NCBI GenBank assembly: GCA_964436045.1
Contig: CAYTBN010000021.1
Span: 7,642-71,641, forward strand
Direction of reading: 5' to 3'
Source: an uncultured Rickettsiales bacterium
GTDB lineage: Bacteria; Myxococcota_A; UBA796; UBA9615; CAYRNR01
DNA length: 64,000 nucleotides
Below the pieces are notes generated by a model. That model searched no databases. It was not told the origin of the DNA and was given only the letters and a program-made list of their open reading frames with translations. This document shows positions 51,234 to 60,765 of this stretch, piece by piece. The stretch's first letter is position 1, and each line of letters begins with the position of its first letter. Both the position numbers and the translations under genes were made by a program.

Positions 51234-53018
51234 TCAGCTGCCGTCCACCACCACCGGGTACATCCGGCGGGTACCGTCCCGGGCGCGAACCACGACCGCC
51301 AGGCCGTCGCCGCCCGCGAGCACTCGCACCCTGGCCCGGGGGTCCGCGGCGATCACGTTCAGATCGCGGCGGTCCAGGTCGAGCCGGAAGGGTGCGGAGA
51401 GGCGAATCTCGTCCTCGCCGATCTCCACCTCGACACGACGGTCGTGGCGTTGGTCCCGATCCCGGTCGACGATCACCGCCGCCAGGGTGACGTCGGCGCA
51501 GTGGGGGTCCCGGCGCAGCGGGGTGGCGGTGACCCCCGCGCCCGCGGAGGCCACTCCCTCGGCGCTGATTGCGCGGACCACGAAGTCGTAGTCGACCCCG
51601 TTGTTCAGCGAGCGGATGCCCACGTGGTCCACCTTCGGATCGAGTTCCTGGACCGGCTCCGCCGGCAGCTCCCCGTCTCGCTCGGCCACGAACACCTGGA
51701 TCTTCTCGACCCAGCGCCCTTGCGGAGCGGTCCAGTGGAGCGACACCTTGTGGTCGTCGGCCACTGCCACCAACCCCGAGACCTCGGGGGGCGGGGCCTG
51801 GGCCTTGCGCATCGCCAGGCTGTCCACCAGCAGCCCGTCGATGGTGAACGCCCGCAGCCACAGCCGTTCGTCGGTGGCCGCCACCGACACGTAGATCTGG
51901 ATCTCCTGGTCGACCACCCGCTTCTGCCAGGGGCGGAAGGTGCGGGGGTAGAACTTGGGCCCCGCCGAGCCCGCACAGACGTAGATCGCGCCGTGCCCCT
52001 CCTCCACCGGCTGCTCGTCCCGCATCGGGTGGCTGCGCACGTACGCATGGTCGTGACCGGCCAGCACCAGATCCACCCCCAGCTCGTCGAAGGCGGGGCA
52101 CCAGGCAGAGCGGATGTGATGGCTGTCGTACTTGCTGCCGTACGGACCGCGGTGCAGGGCCACCACCTTCCAGGGGCGATCCACGTCGGCCATGTCCTCC
52201 CGCAGCCACTCGGCCTGGGCGGCCAGCTCGCGCTCGGTGTCGAGCACGGCCACGTGGACCGGGCCGTAGTCGAAGGAGTAGGCCTCCTCCTCCATTCCCT
52301 CGGGTCCGTTGCGCGGCAGGTGGAAGTGGGAACGGTAGTGCTCGGCGGTCTTGTCCTTGAGCACGTCGTGGTTGCCGATGGCCGGCGCGATCGGCAAGGA
52401 CGCCAGATCCGGCTGGGCGGTGTCGAAGAACAGGTCCCACTGGCGCTGTACGTAGCCCTGGTCCACCAGGTCGCCCGTGACCAGCATGAAGCGGGCCTGG
52501 GGATGGTCACCTCGTGCCCGGCTCAGCAGCCGCGCCCAGAGCTCGAAATGTTTGCGCGCGCGGCTCTGGGGATCGGTCAGGTGCAGGAAGGTGACCGGGA
52601 TGTCCGGGTCCGGGGCGGTCACGAAGGTGGCGGGCTCTCCCCATTCGTCCGGCGCGCCGCTTCCGATGCGGTAGATGTAGGCGGTGTCCGGCAACAGGCC
52701 GCTGACTTCCGCCTCGTGGATCCGTGCGGGATCGCCGCCGTCCCCGGCGATGGGCTCCCAGGCGCGGCTCGCCCCCTCGACCTGGATCCGCGCGCCCCGC
52801 TCGAAGCCATCGAACCCGAGGGCCAGCGTCAGCTGCACCACCGTGCCCTCGATCTCCGGCAAGGTGCGCCAGCAGAACGACTGGGTGGTCCGCGGATCCC
52901 CTGGCCAGCTGAGGGCGACGTGGGTCGGCGTCCGTTCCAGGGCCACGGCCGGAGCGGCGAAGATCGCCAGCGTGAGTGCGGCAGCGACGAGCACGGCGGG
53001 GGGGAGGGACCTGGACAT
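51234..53018 (-). CDS. secreted purple-acid-phosphatase-like calcineurin-type metallophosphoesterase with N-terminal PAP-N/FN3-like and C-terminal FN3-like domains
   Basis: ATG at 53016-53018 gives signal peptide MSRSLPPAVLVAAALTLAIFAAPAVA. The metallophosphoesterase motifs are present: …TGDLVDQGY…, …AIGNHD… and …LAGHDHAY…. Confidence 0.85.
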   Translation of the reverse strand: MSRSLPPAVLVAAALTLAIFAAPAVALERTPTHVALSWPGDPRTTQSFCWRTLPEIEGTVVQLTLALGFDGFERGARIQVEGASRAWEPIAGDGGDPARIHEAEVSGLLPDTAYIYRIGSGAPDEWGEPATFVTAPDPDIPVTFLHLTDPQSRARKHFELWARLLSRARGDHPQARFMLVTGDLVDQGYVQRQWDLFFDTAQPDLASLPIAPAIGNHDVLKDKTAEHYRSHFHLPRNGPEGMEEEAYSFDYGPVHVAVLDTERELAAQAEWLREDMADVDRPWKVVALHRGPYGSKYDSHHIRSAWCPAFDELGVDLVLAGHDHAYVRSHPMRDEQPVEEGHGAIYVCAGSAGPKFYPRTFRPWQKRVVDQEIQIYVSVAATDERLWLRAFTIDGLLVDSLAMRKAQAPPPEVSGLVAVADDHKVSLHWTAPQGRWVEKIQVFVAERDGELPAEPVQELDPKVDHVGIRSLNNGVDYDFVVRAISAEGVASAGAGVTATPLRRDPHCADVTLAAVIVDRDRDQRHDRRVEVEIGEDEIRLSAPFRLDLDRRDLNVIAADPRARVRVLAGGDGLAVVVRARDGTRRMYPVVVDGS

Positions 53019-53137
53019 CTGAACGGAGGAGGGTAACAGGCGCGCGGAAGGGGTGCGAGGCGTCCTTCGCGCCGGATTCGGGCGCGGGTGACGATCGACG
53101 CTTTCTCGCTGAGCTGACCGGGACCGCTCGGTTCCGA

Positions 53138-54313
53138 CTATTCGTTGACCACGTTCATGAACATCTGGGAGATGTAGTCGTGGCCCAGGGTGTTGGGGTG
53201 GATGCACGACAGGGTGTCGAACCATAGCTGGGTGCCCGGGCCGCGGTAGCACGGCGCGAGCTGGTTGTCGTGGTAGAAGCCGTGGCCGCAGAACTCCTCG
53301 AGCATGAAGATCATGTCGGTCTGGGTCTCGACGGCGATCGAGGCGTACTGCTCGTTGGCGTAGATCACCATGTCAGCCAGGACGGTGGGATCGTCCCAGT
53401 CGGCGCCGTAGCCGGCCAGCCCCGCCAGCGGGCAGGCCTCGGTGTGGCCGGTGCCGTCGGTGAACTCGAACATGTTCGAGAACAGCACGTACACGCCGTT
53501 GGGGAACTTGCCCGGTGGATCGTCGAACCACTCGATCGCCTCGCGCATGAGCTGGACGAAGCCCTCCACGTCGTCCCAGATCAGCGCGTAGTCGATCCCG
53601 TCGAGGCCGTCCTGGGCCACGCTCGCGATGTCGTTGCCGCCGACGGTCATGATCGCCAGGGTCACCTTGTCTCGCTGGTCCTCGGGGAAGCAGTCCTCGA
53701 TCTGATCGTTGTCCTGGATCAGGTCGTCTGTCTTGGCTCCCCACTTGGCGCAGGAGGCGAAGTCGCCCGATTCCTGGAGCAGGGAGACTCCGTCGATGAT
53801 GTTCACCGCCTTCCAGAGGTAGGAGGGCGGTTCGAGGCCGAACTGCACCGCCAACTCGTCGGCCAGCAGCGAACGGTAGTAGTCGTCGGGCAGGAAGGGG
53901 GGCGTGCCCACGGTGACCGAATCGCCGACGAACACCACCCGTTCGATGCCGAGGATGTCCTGGTGGTTGGTGCCCTGGCAGTGGGATCCGACCACCGGCC
54001 CGAACTGGTCGTAGTCGGGCCCGATCGGCGGCGGGCTCATGAAGGCGTCCTCGTAGCAGCCTGCCACGGTGATCTCGGTGGTGTCGTCGTCTCCAGTGGC
54101 GTCGTCGTCTCCGGTAGCGTCGTCGTCCCCGGTGGCGTCGTCGTCCCCCGTGGCGTCGTCGTCGCCCGTGACGTCGTCGTCGTCGTCGCCCGTGACGTCG
54201 TCATCGCCCGTGGCGTCGTCGTCCGCCAGCGAGTCGTCGTCCTCGAACCCGGCGGGACAGCCGAGCGTCAGCGTCAGTGACGCGAACAGCGTGACGAGCA
54301 GTCGTGCAGTCAT
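53138..54313 (-). CDS. SGNH/GDSL-family hydrolase lipoprotein with (DDDxTG)n acidic tract
   Basis: Signal and lipobox MTARLLVTLFASLTLTLGCPAG. The acidic tract is DDDATGDDDVTGDDDDDVTGDDDATG…. SGNH motifs are VVFVGDSVT, TVGGNDI and DTLSCIHPNTLGH. Confidence 0.8.
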   Translation of the reverse strand: MTARLLVTLFASLTLTLGCPAGFEDDDSLADDDATGDDDVTGDDDDDVTGDDDATGDDDATGDDDATGDDDATGDDDTTEITVAGCYEDAFMSPPPIGPDYDQFGPVVGSHCQGTNHQDILGIERVVFVGDSVTVGTPPFLPDDYYRSLLADELAVQFGLEPPSYLWKAVNIIDGVSLLQESGDFASCAKWGAKTDDLIQDNDQIEDCFPEDQRDKVTLAIMTVGGNDIASVAQDGLDGIDYALIWDDVEGFVQLMREAIEWFDDPPGKFPNGVYVLFSNMFEFTDGTGHTEACPLAGLAGYGADWDDPTVLADMVIYANEQYASIAVETQTDMIFMLEEFCGHGFYHDNQLAPCYRGPGTQLWFDTLSCIHPNTLGHDYISQMFMNVVNE

Positions 54314-54406
54314 GGGGCGAATCTCCCTCTGCTAGCCTGCGCGATCATCACGGCACCTGGTGAGATATGCAGGCTGTAGCACCGTACCAGGCGCGCATCC
54401 GGTGGG

Positions 54407-56076
54407 CTAGCGCGGCGCGGCGGGTTCGCCGCCCTTGCGGGGATCGCAGGCGCCGGTGAAGTGGTCGCCGTCGACCAGGGCCATCTGGACGGCGGAGTAG
54501 AACTCCTTGACCTCGACGGTGTGGCCGCGGGCGATCAGGTTGGCCTGGACGTCGGCGGGGATGCCCTGGTCGACGCGGAGCACCTCGGGGACCCACTGGT
54601 GGTGCATCCGGGGGGCGGAGACCGCCTCCTCGGGGTCCATGCCGAAGTCGATGACGTTGGACAGCGCCTGCAGGGTCGAGCTGATGATGTAGGGACCGCC
54701 CGAACCACCGACGGCCATCACCACGGCGCCGTCGGGATCGAGCACCACGGTCGGCGTCATCGAGGACAGGGGTTTCTTGCCCGGCTCGACGGCGTTGGCC
54801 TCGCGGCCCACCAGACCGAAGGCGTTGGGTACGCCGGGTTTGGCCACGAAGTCGTCCATCTCGTCGTTGAGCAGGATCCCGCTGCGCTCGGCGACCACCT
54901 TGGCGCCGAACAGGGTGTTGATGGTGGTGGTCAGCGCCACGGCCATGCCATCGCTGTCGATCACCGCGATGTGGTGGGTGCCGCCGTCCTCGGGGATGCC
55001 GACATCCAGGCCGTAGTAGCTCCGTTCGAAGGTCCGGGAGGGGTAGATCGAGCGGCGGATCTCGTCGATTCGCGCGCTGTCGAGCATGCGGTCGACGGGG
55101 ACGTCGACGAAGTCCGGATCACCCATCAGCCGCGCCCGGTCGGCGTAGGCATGCTGGAAGGCCTCGGCCAGCAGATGCAGGTGCTCCGACGAGTTGTGAC
55201 CCAGCTCGGCCAGGTCCCAGGCTTCCAGCACGCCGAGGACCTGCAGCAGCACCGCGCCGCCTGACGACGGTGGGGGCATGGTCACGACGGTGTATCCCCG
55301 GTAGCTGCCCACCAGCGGCGGGCGCTCGACGGGCTGATAGGCCGCCAGGTCCTCGGCCGTGAGCACGCCGCCACTGTCCCGGGTCGCGGCGACGATGTCC
55401 GCGGCGATCGGTCCCGTGTACAGGGCATCGCCCCCGGAGCGGGCCCAGGCGCCGAGGGTCCGGGCCAGCCGCTTGCGGCGTACCCGCTCGGCCTGGCCCG
55501 GGACCGCGCTCCAGCCGTCCAGCAGCCGCGGCGTGATCTCCGGATATCGGCCCAGGCAGTTGACCAGGTGCGCGCCGATCGGGAATCCACCGGAGGCCTG
55601 TTCGATGGCGGGTTTGGCCACCGCACTCGCGGACAGGTTGCCGAAGCGATCCAGCAGCTCCGCCAGTCCGCGCGGTTCGCCCGGCACGCCCACCGCCAGC
55701 CCGCCGTCGGTGCTCGCGCCGGGAATCACGTTGCCCGCGTCGTCCAGGTACATGTCCCGGTGGGCCGCCGCGGGCGCGATCTCGCGGAAGTCGAGAACGA
55801 CCCGCTCGTCCCCCCGCACCACCACGGCGAATCCACCGCCGCCGAGCCCCGAGCCCGCGGGCTGCACCACTCCGGCGGAGAGGGCCGCGGCCACCACCGC
55901 GTCGACGGCGTTCCCGCCCCGTTCGAGCATCTGCGCCCCGGCGGCCGACGCCAGCGGGTGGTCGGCGGAGACGATGCCAGCCCGTCCGCGCACAGGCGGG
56001 GGGGCTGCTCCGAGGGCGAGGACCAGCGCGGTGATCGACAGGGCAGCCAGGGTGATCGGCACGGTGCGTCGGTTCA
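54407..56076 (-). CDS. ggt: gamma-glutamyltransferase
   Basis: ATG at 56074-56076 (GGAGA SD) gives signal peptide MNRRTVPITLAALSITALVLALGAA. The core shows …PAGSGLGGGGFAVV… and the autoprocessing and nucleophile region …GGTHHIAVIDSDGMAVALTTTINTLFG…. The six-frame ORF extends upstream as junk. Confidence 0.9.
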
Positions 56077-56287
56077 TCGGAGTCTCCATTCGAGGACCGC
56101 AGAACTGTAGCGCGGTCAGGCGGCCGCGGGGTGACCATGATCCGATCCGCCGGGCGTCGGGACCCTCCGCGCGAGGTTCACCATATGGTTCACCGATTGC
56201 GCGCCCGCGGGCGCGAGATGGCGGCACGGCGGAGTGCGCCCGGACGGGATACACTGGCTGCCAGCGGGTGGAATCGTGTCGCGATGG

Positions 56288-58207
56288 ATGGCTCTGGTCG
56301 GGATCCTGGGACTGCTGGGGGCGAGCTGTTCTCCGGTGGACCTGGTCGACGATCCCAACGGTCCGCCGGATGACGATGATGATGACGATGACGACGACGT
56401 CGACTTCACCGACCCCTACACCGACGACGACGATGACGACGACGGCGTGAACTATCCCAACCACGGGGTGCCGCCGGGGGGAACGGTCCTCGACGGCGTG
56501 CTGGTGGACGTGACGCCCGACGGTCTCGATTTTGTCGAGAACCTGGCCCTGCACATGGACGGCATCGACCTGCCGATGGCGCCCATGACCCAGAACCTGG
56601 GCGAGTACGAAGGCTGTGACGCCACGATCACGATCTCGAACCTGATGGCGCACGTGGACTTCAACCACCTGGAGATCACGCCCATCTCCCACGGGCTCGA
56701 CCTGGAGCTGGGGCTGACGATCTCGATCAACAGCAGCGCCGCCCCCCTCGCCCTCGGGATCGACCTGGACGGCGGCATCTTCGGCATCTGTGGCCTGCTG
56801 GACGAGACCTGCGACGTCTGGATCGAGCCGATGAACGTGTCGCTGTCGATGGCCATCTGGCTCGACGTGGTCGACCTGGGCGGCGGCGCGCCGGCCTTCA
56901 TCGATGCCATCGTCTCGACCCCCGAGCACAACCTGCGCACGGCGATCACCTCGGACCACATCGGGCTGTCCGGCTGCCTGATCGCCACGATCAACGATAT
57001 CCTCGGGTTCTTCGGTACGGACATGATCGAGATGTTGCTGGACGAGGCATCCGGTGAGCTGTTCGCCTTCCTGGAGAACGACCTGCCCCAGGAGATCGAG
57101 TCCGCCATCGAGGACAGCTTCGACAGCGCGACGGTCAACGAGAGCATCGACGTGCTGGGCGTGCCGCTGGATCTGACGCTGGAGCCCCGGGGGCTGATGA
57201 TCGAGGACGAGGGGATCCGGTTGCAGATGAACGGCGCCTTCTTCGCCCCGGCCGCCGACTGCATCGCCGAGTTCGACACCATGGGCTCGCCCTTCCGCGA
57301 TATCGTGCCCCCCGACCTGGACCCGACGGCCCATCACCACCTGTCCGCATACGTCTCCCAGGACCTGTTCGACGCGGCCTTGTACACGGTCTGGCGGGGT
57401 GGGCTGCTGTGCTACCAGGTCGATCCGGCCGAGCTGGGACTGCCGCTGGACACCAGCATCCTGGGGCTGATGGTCGAGGAGGAGGACCGCGCGCTGATCG
57501 ACAAGATCTGGCTGGGGGAGTCCCAGCCGCTGATGATCGCCACCCTGCCCGAAGAACCCCCCTACCTGCGCTACGCCGGCGACCACGACCTGATGATCGG
57601 GGTCGAGAACCTGGGGCTGGACTTCTTCGCCCTGACCCAGGACCGCCAGGCGCGGGTGCTGGGCATGGGGCTGGACATGGACGCCGGGCTGGACATCGAG
57701 GCCCTCGGCGATGGGAGCCTCGGGATCGACGTGGCACTGGACACGGCCCAGCTCGCCCCGGCGGTCGAGTACGACGAGATGCTGTGGCCGATCTCGGACC
57801 AGATCGAGAGCCAGTTCGGCGCCCTGGTCAGCGGGATGGTCGACCCGATCCTCGACAGTGTGGTCGGAGACCTGGCGCTTGGCCCCTATGCGTTCGGCGG
57901 TCTGGGTATCACCTCGCTGGAGTTCGTGCCCGCAGGGCCAACCGGCGGCTACATGGGCGCCTTCACGGCCCTGGGCGTGGTCGATCCGACCGCCAGCTGC
58001 GAGATAGCCGGCATCGGCTGTGGCGACGGCGGTGGCGGGTGCGAGGGCGGCTGCGGCGAGGCCGCCGGTTGCGGCGAGGACGCGTCGTGCGAGGAGGGTT
58101 CCTGCGACGCGGGCCGTTCACGCCGGATCCGCGGCCTCTGGGCCGGCAACACCCTGCTCTGCCTCGCCTGCCTGGCCACCCTGGCCCATCACCGTCGCCA
58201 GCGCTGA
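56288..58207 (+). CDS. lipoprotein with poly-Asp tract and MYXO-CTERM-type C-terminal sorting signal, hypothetical
   Basis: Signal and lipobox MALVGILGLLGASCSP, followed by DDDDDDDDDD. The C-terminus is …GGGGCEGGCGEAAGCGEDASCEEGSCDAGRSRRIRGLWAGNTLLCLACLATLAHHRRQR (Cys-rich region + TM helix + basic tail). Confidence 0.75.
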   Translation: MALVGILGLLGASCSPVDLVDDPNGPPDDDDDDDDDDVDFTDPYTDDDDDDDGVNYPNHGVPPGGTVLDGVLVDVTPDGLDFVENLALHMDGIDLPMAPMTQNLGEYEGCDATITISNLMAHVDFNHLEITPISHGLDLELGLTISINSSAAPLALGIDLDGGIFGICGLLDETCDVWIEPMNVSLSMAIWLDVVDLGGGAPAFIDAIVSTPEHNLRTAITSDHIGLSGCLIATINDILGFFGTDMIEMLLDEASGELFAFLENDLPQEIESAIEDSFDSATVNESIDVLGVPLDLTLEPRGLMIEDEGIRLQMNGAFFAPAADCIAEFDTMGSPFRDIVPPDLDPTAHHHLSAYVSQDLFDAALYTVWRGGLLCYQVDPAELGLPLDTSILGLMVEEEDRALIDKIWLGESQPLMIATLPEEPPYLRYAGDHDLMIGVENLGLDFFALTQDRQARVLGMGLDMDAGLDIEALGDGSLGIDVALDTAQLAPAVEYDEMLWPISDQIESQFGALVSGMVDPILDSVVGDLALGPYAFGGLGITSLEFVPAGPTGGYMGAFTALGVVDPTASCEIAGIGCGDGGGGCEGGCGEAAGCGEDASCEEGSCDAGRSRRIRGLWAGNTLLCLACLATLAHHRRQR

Positions 58208-58209
58208 GG

Positions 58210-59544
58210 CTACGGCGTCCAGCCGACGAAGGCGCCGGAGCCGACGGGCTCGATCTTGTACTCGGAGAAGCCGTAGGTCAGCGGGCCGGTGATGCTGGTG
58301 ATGGACTGGCCCAGGGGCGGATCCGGCGTCAGATCCTGGATCCCGCAGTCGTTGTACTCGAAGAACAGCGAATTGACGAGCAGGCAGCCATTGACCTCGA
58401 ACTGACCGTAGCCGATGTCGCTGATCGTAGCGCTGACGGTCAGGCTCTCCAGCGACAGCGAGACGCCCTCCCAGGGCTCCCAGTCGCCCACCGCACACAC
58501 GTCTGAGATCACCTCGGGCGCGGGCGCCGCACCCGTGGCCACCACCGTCAGGTCGGCGGCGTCGGCCAGGGCGATCTCGCTGAGGTCGTAGTACTCGGTG
58601 TACGTGCCGCTCAGGTCGACCACCTCGCCCGGTGTGACCGCGAACCCCGGTAGCAGCGCGTCCTCGAACAGCACGAAGATGCCGCTGTATTCGCCGCCCG
58701 CGGGATCCTGGATCCAGAAACCCCGGCGGGTGCAGTACGAGAATGGCTCGGTCACCGGAGTGGTGACGACCACCCCCTGCAGGTTGACCGCGCTGCCGTC
58801 CGGGACGATGCCGCCCTGGACGTCGAAGATGGTGGTGACGCAGTCGTCGTCTGCGACCCCGTCGCAGTCCTGATCCAGGCCGTCGCAGGCCTCGACGGCC
58901 CCGGGGTACATGGTCGCGTCGCCGTCGTCGCAGTCCCCCTGGCACTCGTCCTGCCCGTCGCCGTCGTTATCCACCTCGTTGGCGTGCAGGCTGCCGCTGC
59001 AGTCGTTGTCCAGATAGTCGCAGTCGGTCTCGGCGGCGCCCGGGTTGACCGCGGCCTCGCCGTCGTCGCAGTCCGTGCCGCCGGAGGCAACGGACGCAAA
59101 ACCGTCCCCGTCCCCGTCGGTGCCGTCGACGCCGTCACAGTTGTTGTCGATGCCGTCGCCCACGGTGTCGCCCTGGGCCGGGTTGATCAGCGGATCGGCG
59201 TCGTCGCAGTCCTCGTCCGAATCCCAGCCGTCGCCATCGTTGTCCACGGCGCCAGTGCTGTCGTCGTCGTCTCCGGTGGCGTCGTCGTCGCCCGTGGCGT
59301 CGTCGTCTCCGGTGGCGTCGTCATCGCCCGTCGTGTCGTCGTCCCCGGTGGTGTCGTCGTCCCCCGTGGCGTCGTCGTCGTCATCGGTGGCGTCGTCGTC
59401 GTCCGTGGCGTCGTCGTCGTCCGTGGCGTCGTCGTCGTCACCGCTGGCGTCGTTGTCGTCGTCGTCGGATGGCTCCGGGGGGGGGCAACCGAGGGCGGCC
59501 ACGAACAGGGTGGCGAACAGAACAAGCAGGAGTCGGTGGTTCAT
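58210..59544 (-). CDS. lipoprotein: lipobox + long (DDDDAT)n acidic tract + two MopE-type metal-binding motifs + C-terminal beta-rich domain
   Basis: Signal and lipobox MNHRLLLVLFATLFVAALGCPPPEP. The acidic tract is DDDDNDASGDDDDATDDDDATDDDD…. MopE-type motifs are DNDGDGWDSDEDCDDADPLINPAQGDTVGDGIDNNCDG and DGDGDGFASVASGGTDCDDGEAAVNPGAAETDCDYLDNDCSG. Confidence 0.75.
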   Translation of the reverse strand: MNHRLLLVLFATLFVAALGCPPPEPSDDDDNDASGDDDDATDDDDATDDDDATDDDDDATGDDDTTGDDDTTGDDDATGDDDATGDDDATGDDDDSTGAVDNDGDGWDSDEDCDDADPLINPAQGDTVGDGIDNNCDGVDGTDGDGDGFASVASGGTDCDDGEAAVNPGAAETDCDYLDNDCSGSLHANEVDNDGDGQDECQGDCDDGDATMYPGAVEACDGLDQDCDGVADDDCVTTIFDVQGGIVPDGSAVNLQGVVVTTPVTEPFSYCTRRGFWIQDPAGGEYSGIFVLFEDALLPGFAVTPGEVVDLSGTYTEYYDLSEIALADAADLTVVATGAAPAPEVISDVCAVGDWEPWEGVSLSLESLTVSATISDIGYGQFEVNGCLLVNSLFFEYNDCGIQDLTPDPPLGQSITSITGPLTYGFSEYKIEPVGSGAFVGWTP

Positions 59545-59573
59545 GACATTGCCTCGTTGCCGCCCTGAACCCG

Positions 59574-60701
59574 TCAGTTCGCGGCTTCCTTCTTCTTCAA
59601 TTCGAGGGCCGTCTTCAGCCCCTTCTCGCGGATGGTCTTGACCGCCAACCGCAGTGGCGTTGCCACGTAGAAACGGCGACCGTACCTTCTCAACGCCCGC
59701 TCGTCGAGGTGGATTCCCAGGCCCGGGTCCTGGGGCACGTCCACGTGGTACAGCTCGATGCGGTCGACCTCATCGCTTCCCCCCCGGCCGCCGCCCGCGC
59801 GCCGGTCGGTCATGTGCTGCTCCAGTTGCTCCAGCGTCCGTGGCCAGTCCTTCTTCAGCAGGCGGGACAGAGCCCTGTCCGCCAGCAGCTTGCCGCCGGT
59901 CTGGCAAGGGGCGCAGTAGTTGGCCTCGTTGTCTGCGTAGCGGATCCGCTGAATCGGTGCCCCGCAGGCGGGACAGGGCTGGCGGTGGCGTCCGTGGACG
60001 GCCATCTCGTCGCGGAACGCGGTCACCTTCTCGGGGAATCCGTCGCCCACCTCGGTTCGCAGCCGCTCGGTCCACTCCCGCAGCACCGCGTCCGTCGCGT
60101 AGAAGAGCCGGGCGAACTCGTCCTCGTCCATCCGTGAGGTCTGCTTGAAGGGCGACATCCGTGCCCGGTGCAGGATCTCGTCCGAGTAGGCGTTGCCGAT
60201 GCCGCTCAACAGGCGGGGATCGGTCAGCGCTCGCTTGATGGTGTGGTTCTCCCGGGTCAGGGCGCCGCGGAAGCTGTCCAGGTCCGCGTCCAGCACCTCG
60301 ATGCCCCCTGGATCGTGGTCCGCCAGCCCGTCCTCGCCGCGCACCACGTGGAGCCGCGCCCGCTTCTTCTTGCTGGCCTCGGTCAGCAGCAGGCTGCCGG
60401 CGGGGAAGTCGAAGGCCGCCAGCCCGCGCCCCCGGGGCACGGCCACGCCGGGCTTCCGCCAGCGCAAGCGGCCCGCGACCATCAGGTGCAGCACGAGGAA
60501 CAGCGACCCATCGAGGTCGAACACGATCCGCTTGCCCAGCCGCCGCACTCCGCGCACTCGGCGACCGACCACCGCCGAGACGGGCGGCTCCACCGAACGC
60601 AGCAAGAAGGGGCTACCCAGCCGAACTCCGTCGAGCGGTTGGTCGATCACCCGCGGCCGGAGGGCGTGGAGATAGACCTCGATGTCGGGTAGCTCGGGCA
60701 C
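59574..60701 (-). CDS. Fpg/Nei-family DNA glycosylase/AP lyase with a ~110-aa C-terminal extension
   Basis: GTG start gives MPELPDIEVYLHAL…, the canonical Fpg N-terminus with catalytic Pro2. The H2TH region is present (…LTDPRLLSGIGNAYSDEILHRARMSP…). The zinc finger is CPACGAPIQRIRYADNEANYCAPCQ. A further ~110 aa follow (…DEVDRIELYHVDVP…KTIREKGLKTALELKKKEAAN). Confidence 0.8.
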   Translation of the reverse strand: MPELPDIEVYLHALRPRVIDQPLDGVRLGSPFLLRSVEPPVSAVVGRRVRGVRRLGKRIVFDLDGSLFLVLHLMVAGRLRWRKPGVAVPRGRGLAAFDFPAGSLLLTEASKKKRARLHVVRGEDGLADHDPGGIEVLDADLDSFRGALTRENHTIKRALTDPRLLSGIGNAYSDEILHRARMSPFKQTSRMDEDEFARLFYATDAVLREWTERLRTEVGDGFPEKVTAFRDEMAVHGRHRQPCPACGAPIQRIRYADNEANYCAPCQTGGKLLADRALSRLLKKDWPRTLEQLEQHMTDRRAGGGRGGSDEVDRIELYHVDVPQDPGLGIHLDERALRRYGRRFYVATPLRLAVKTIREKGLKTALELKKKEAAN

Positions 60702-60765
60702 GGTGGGTGCATCGTACTGCCGGCGCCCGGCAGGCTCAATCGCGGTCGCGGCGAGGCGCGACGGA

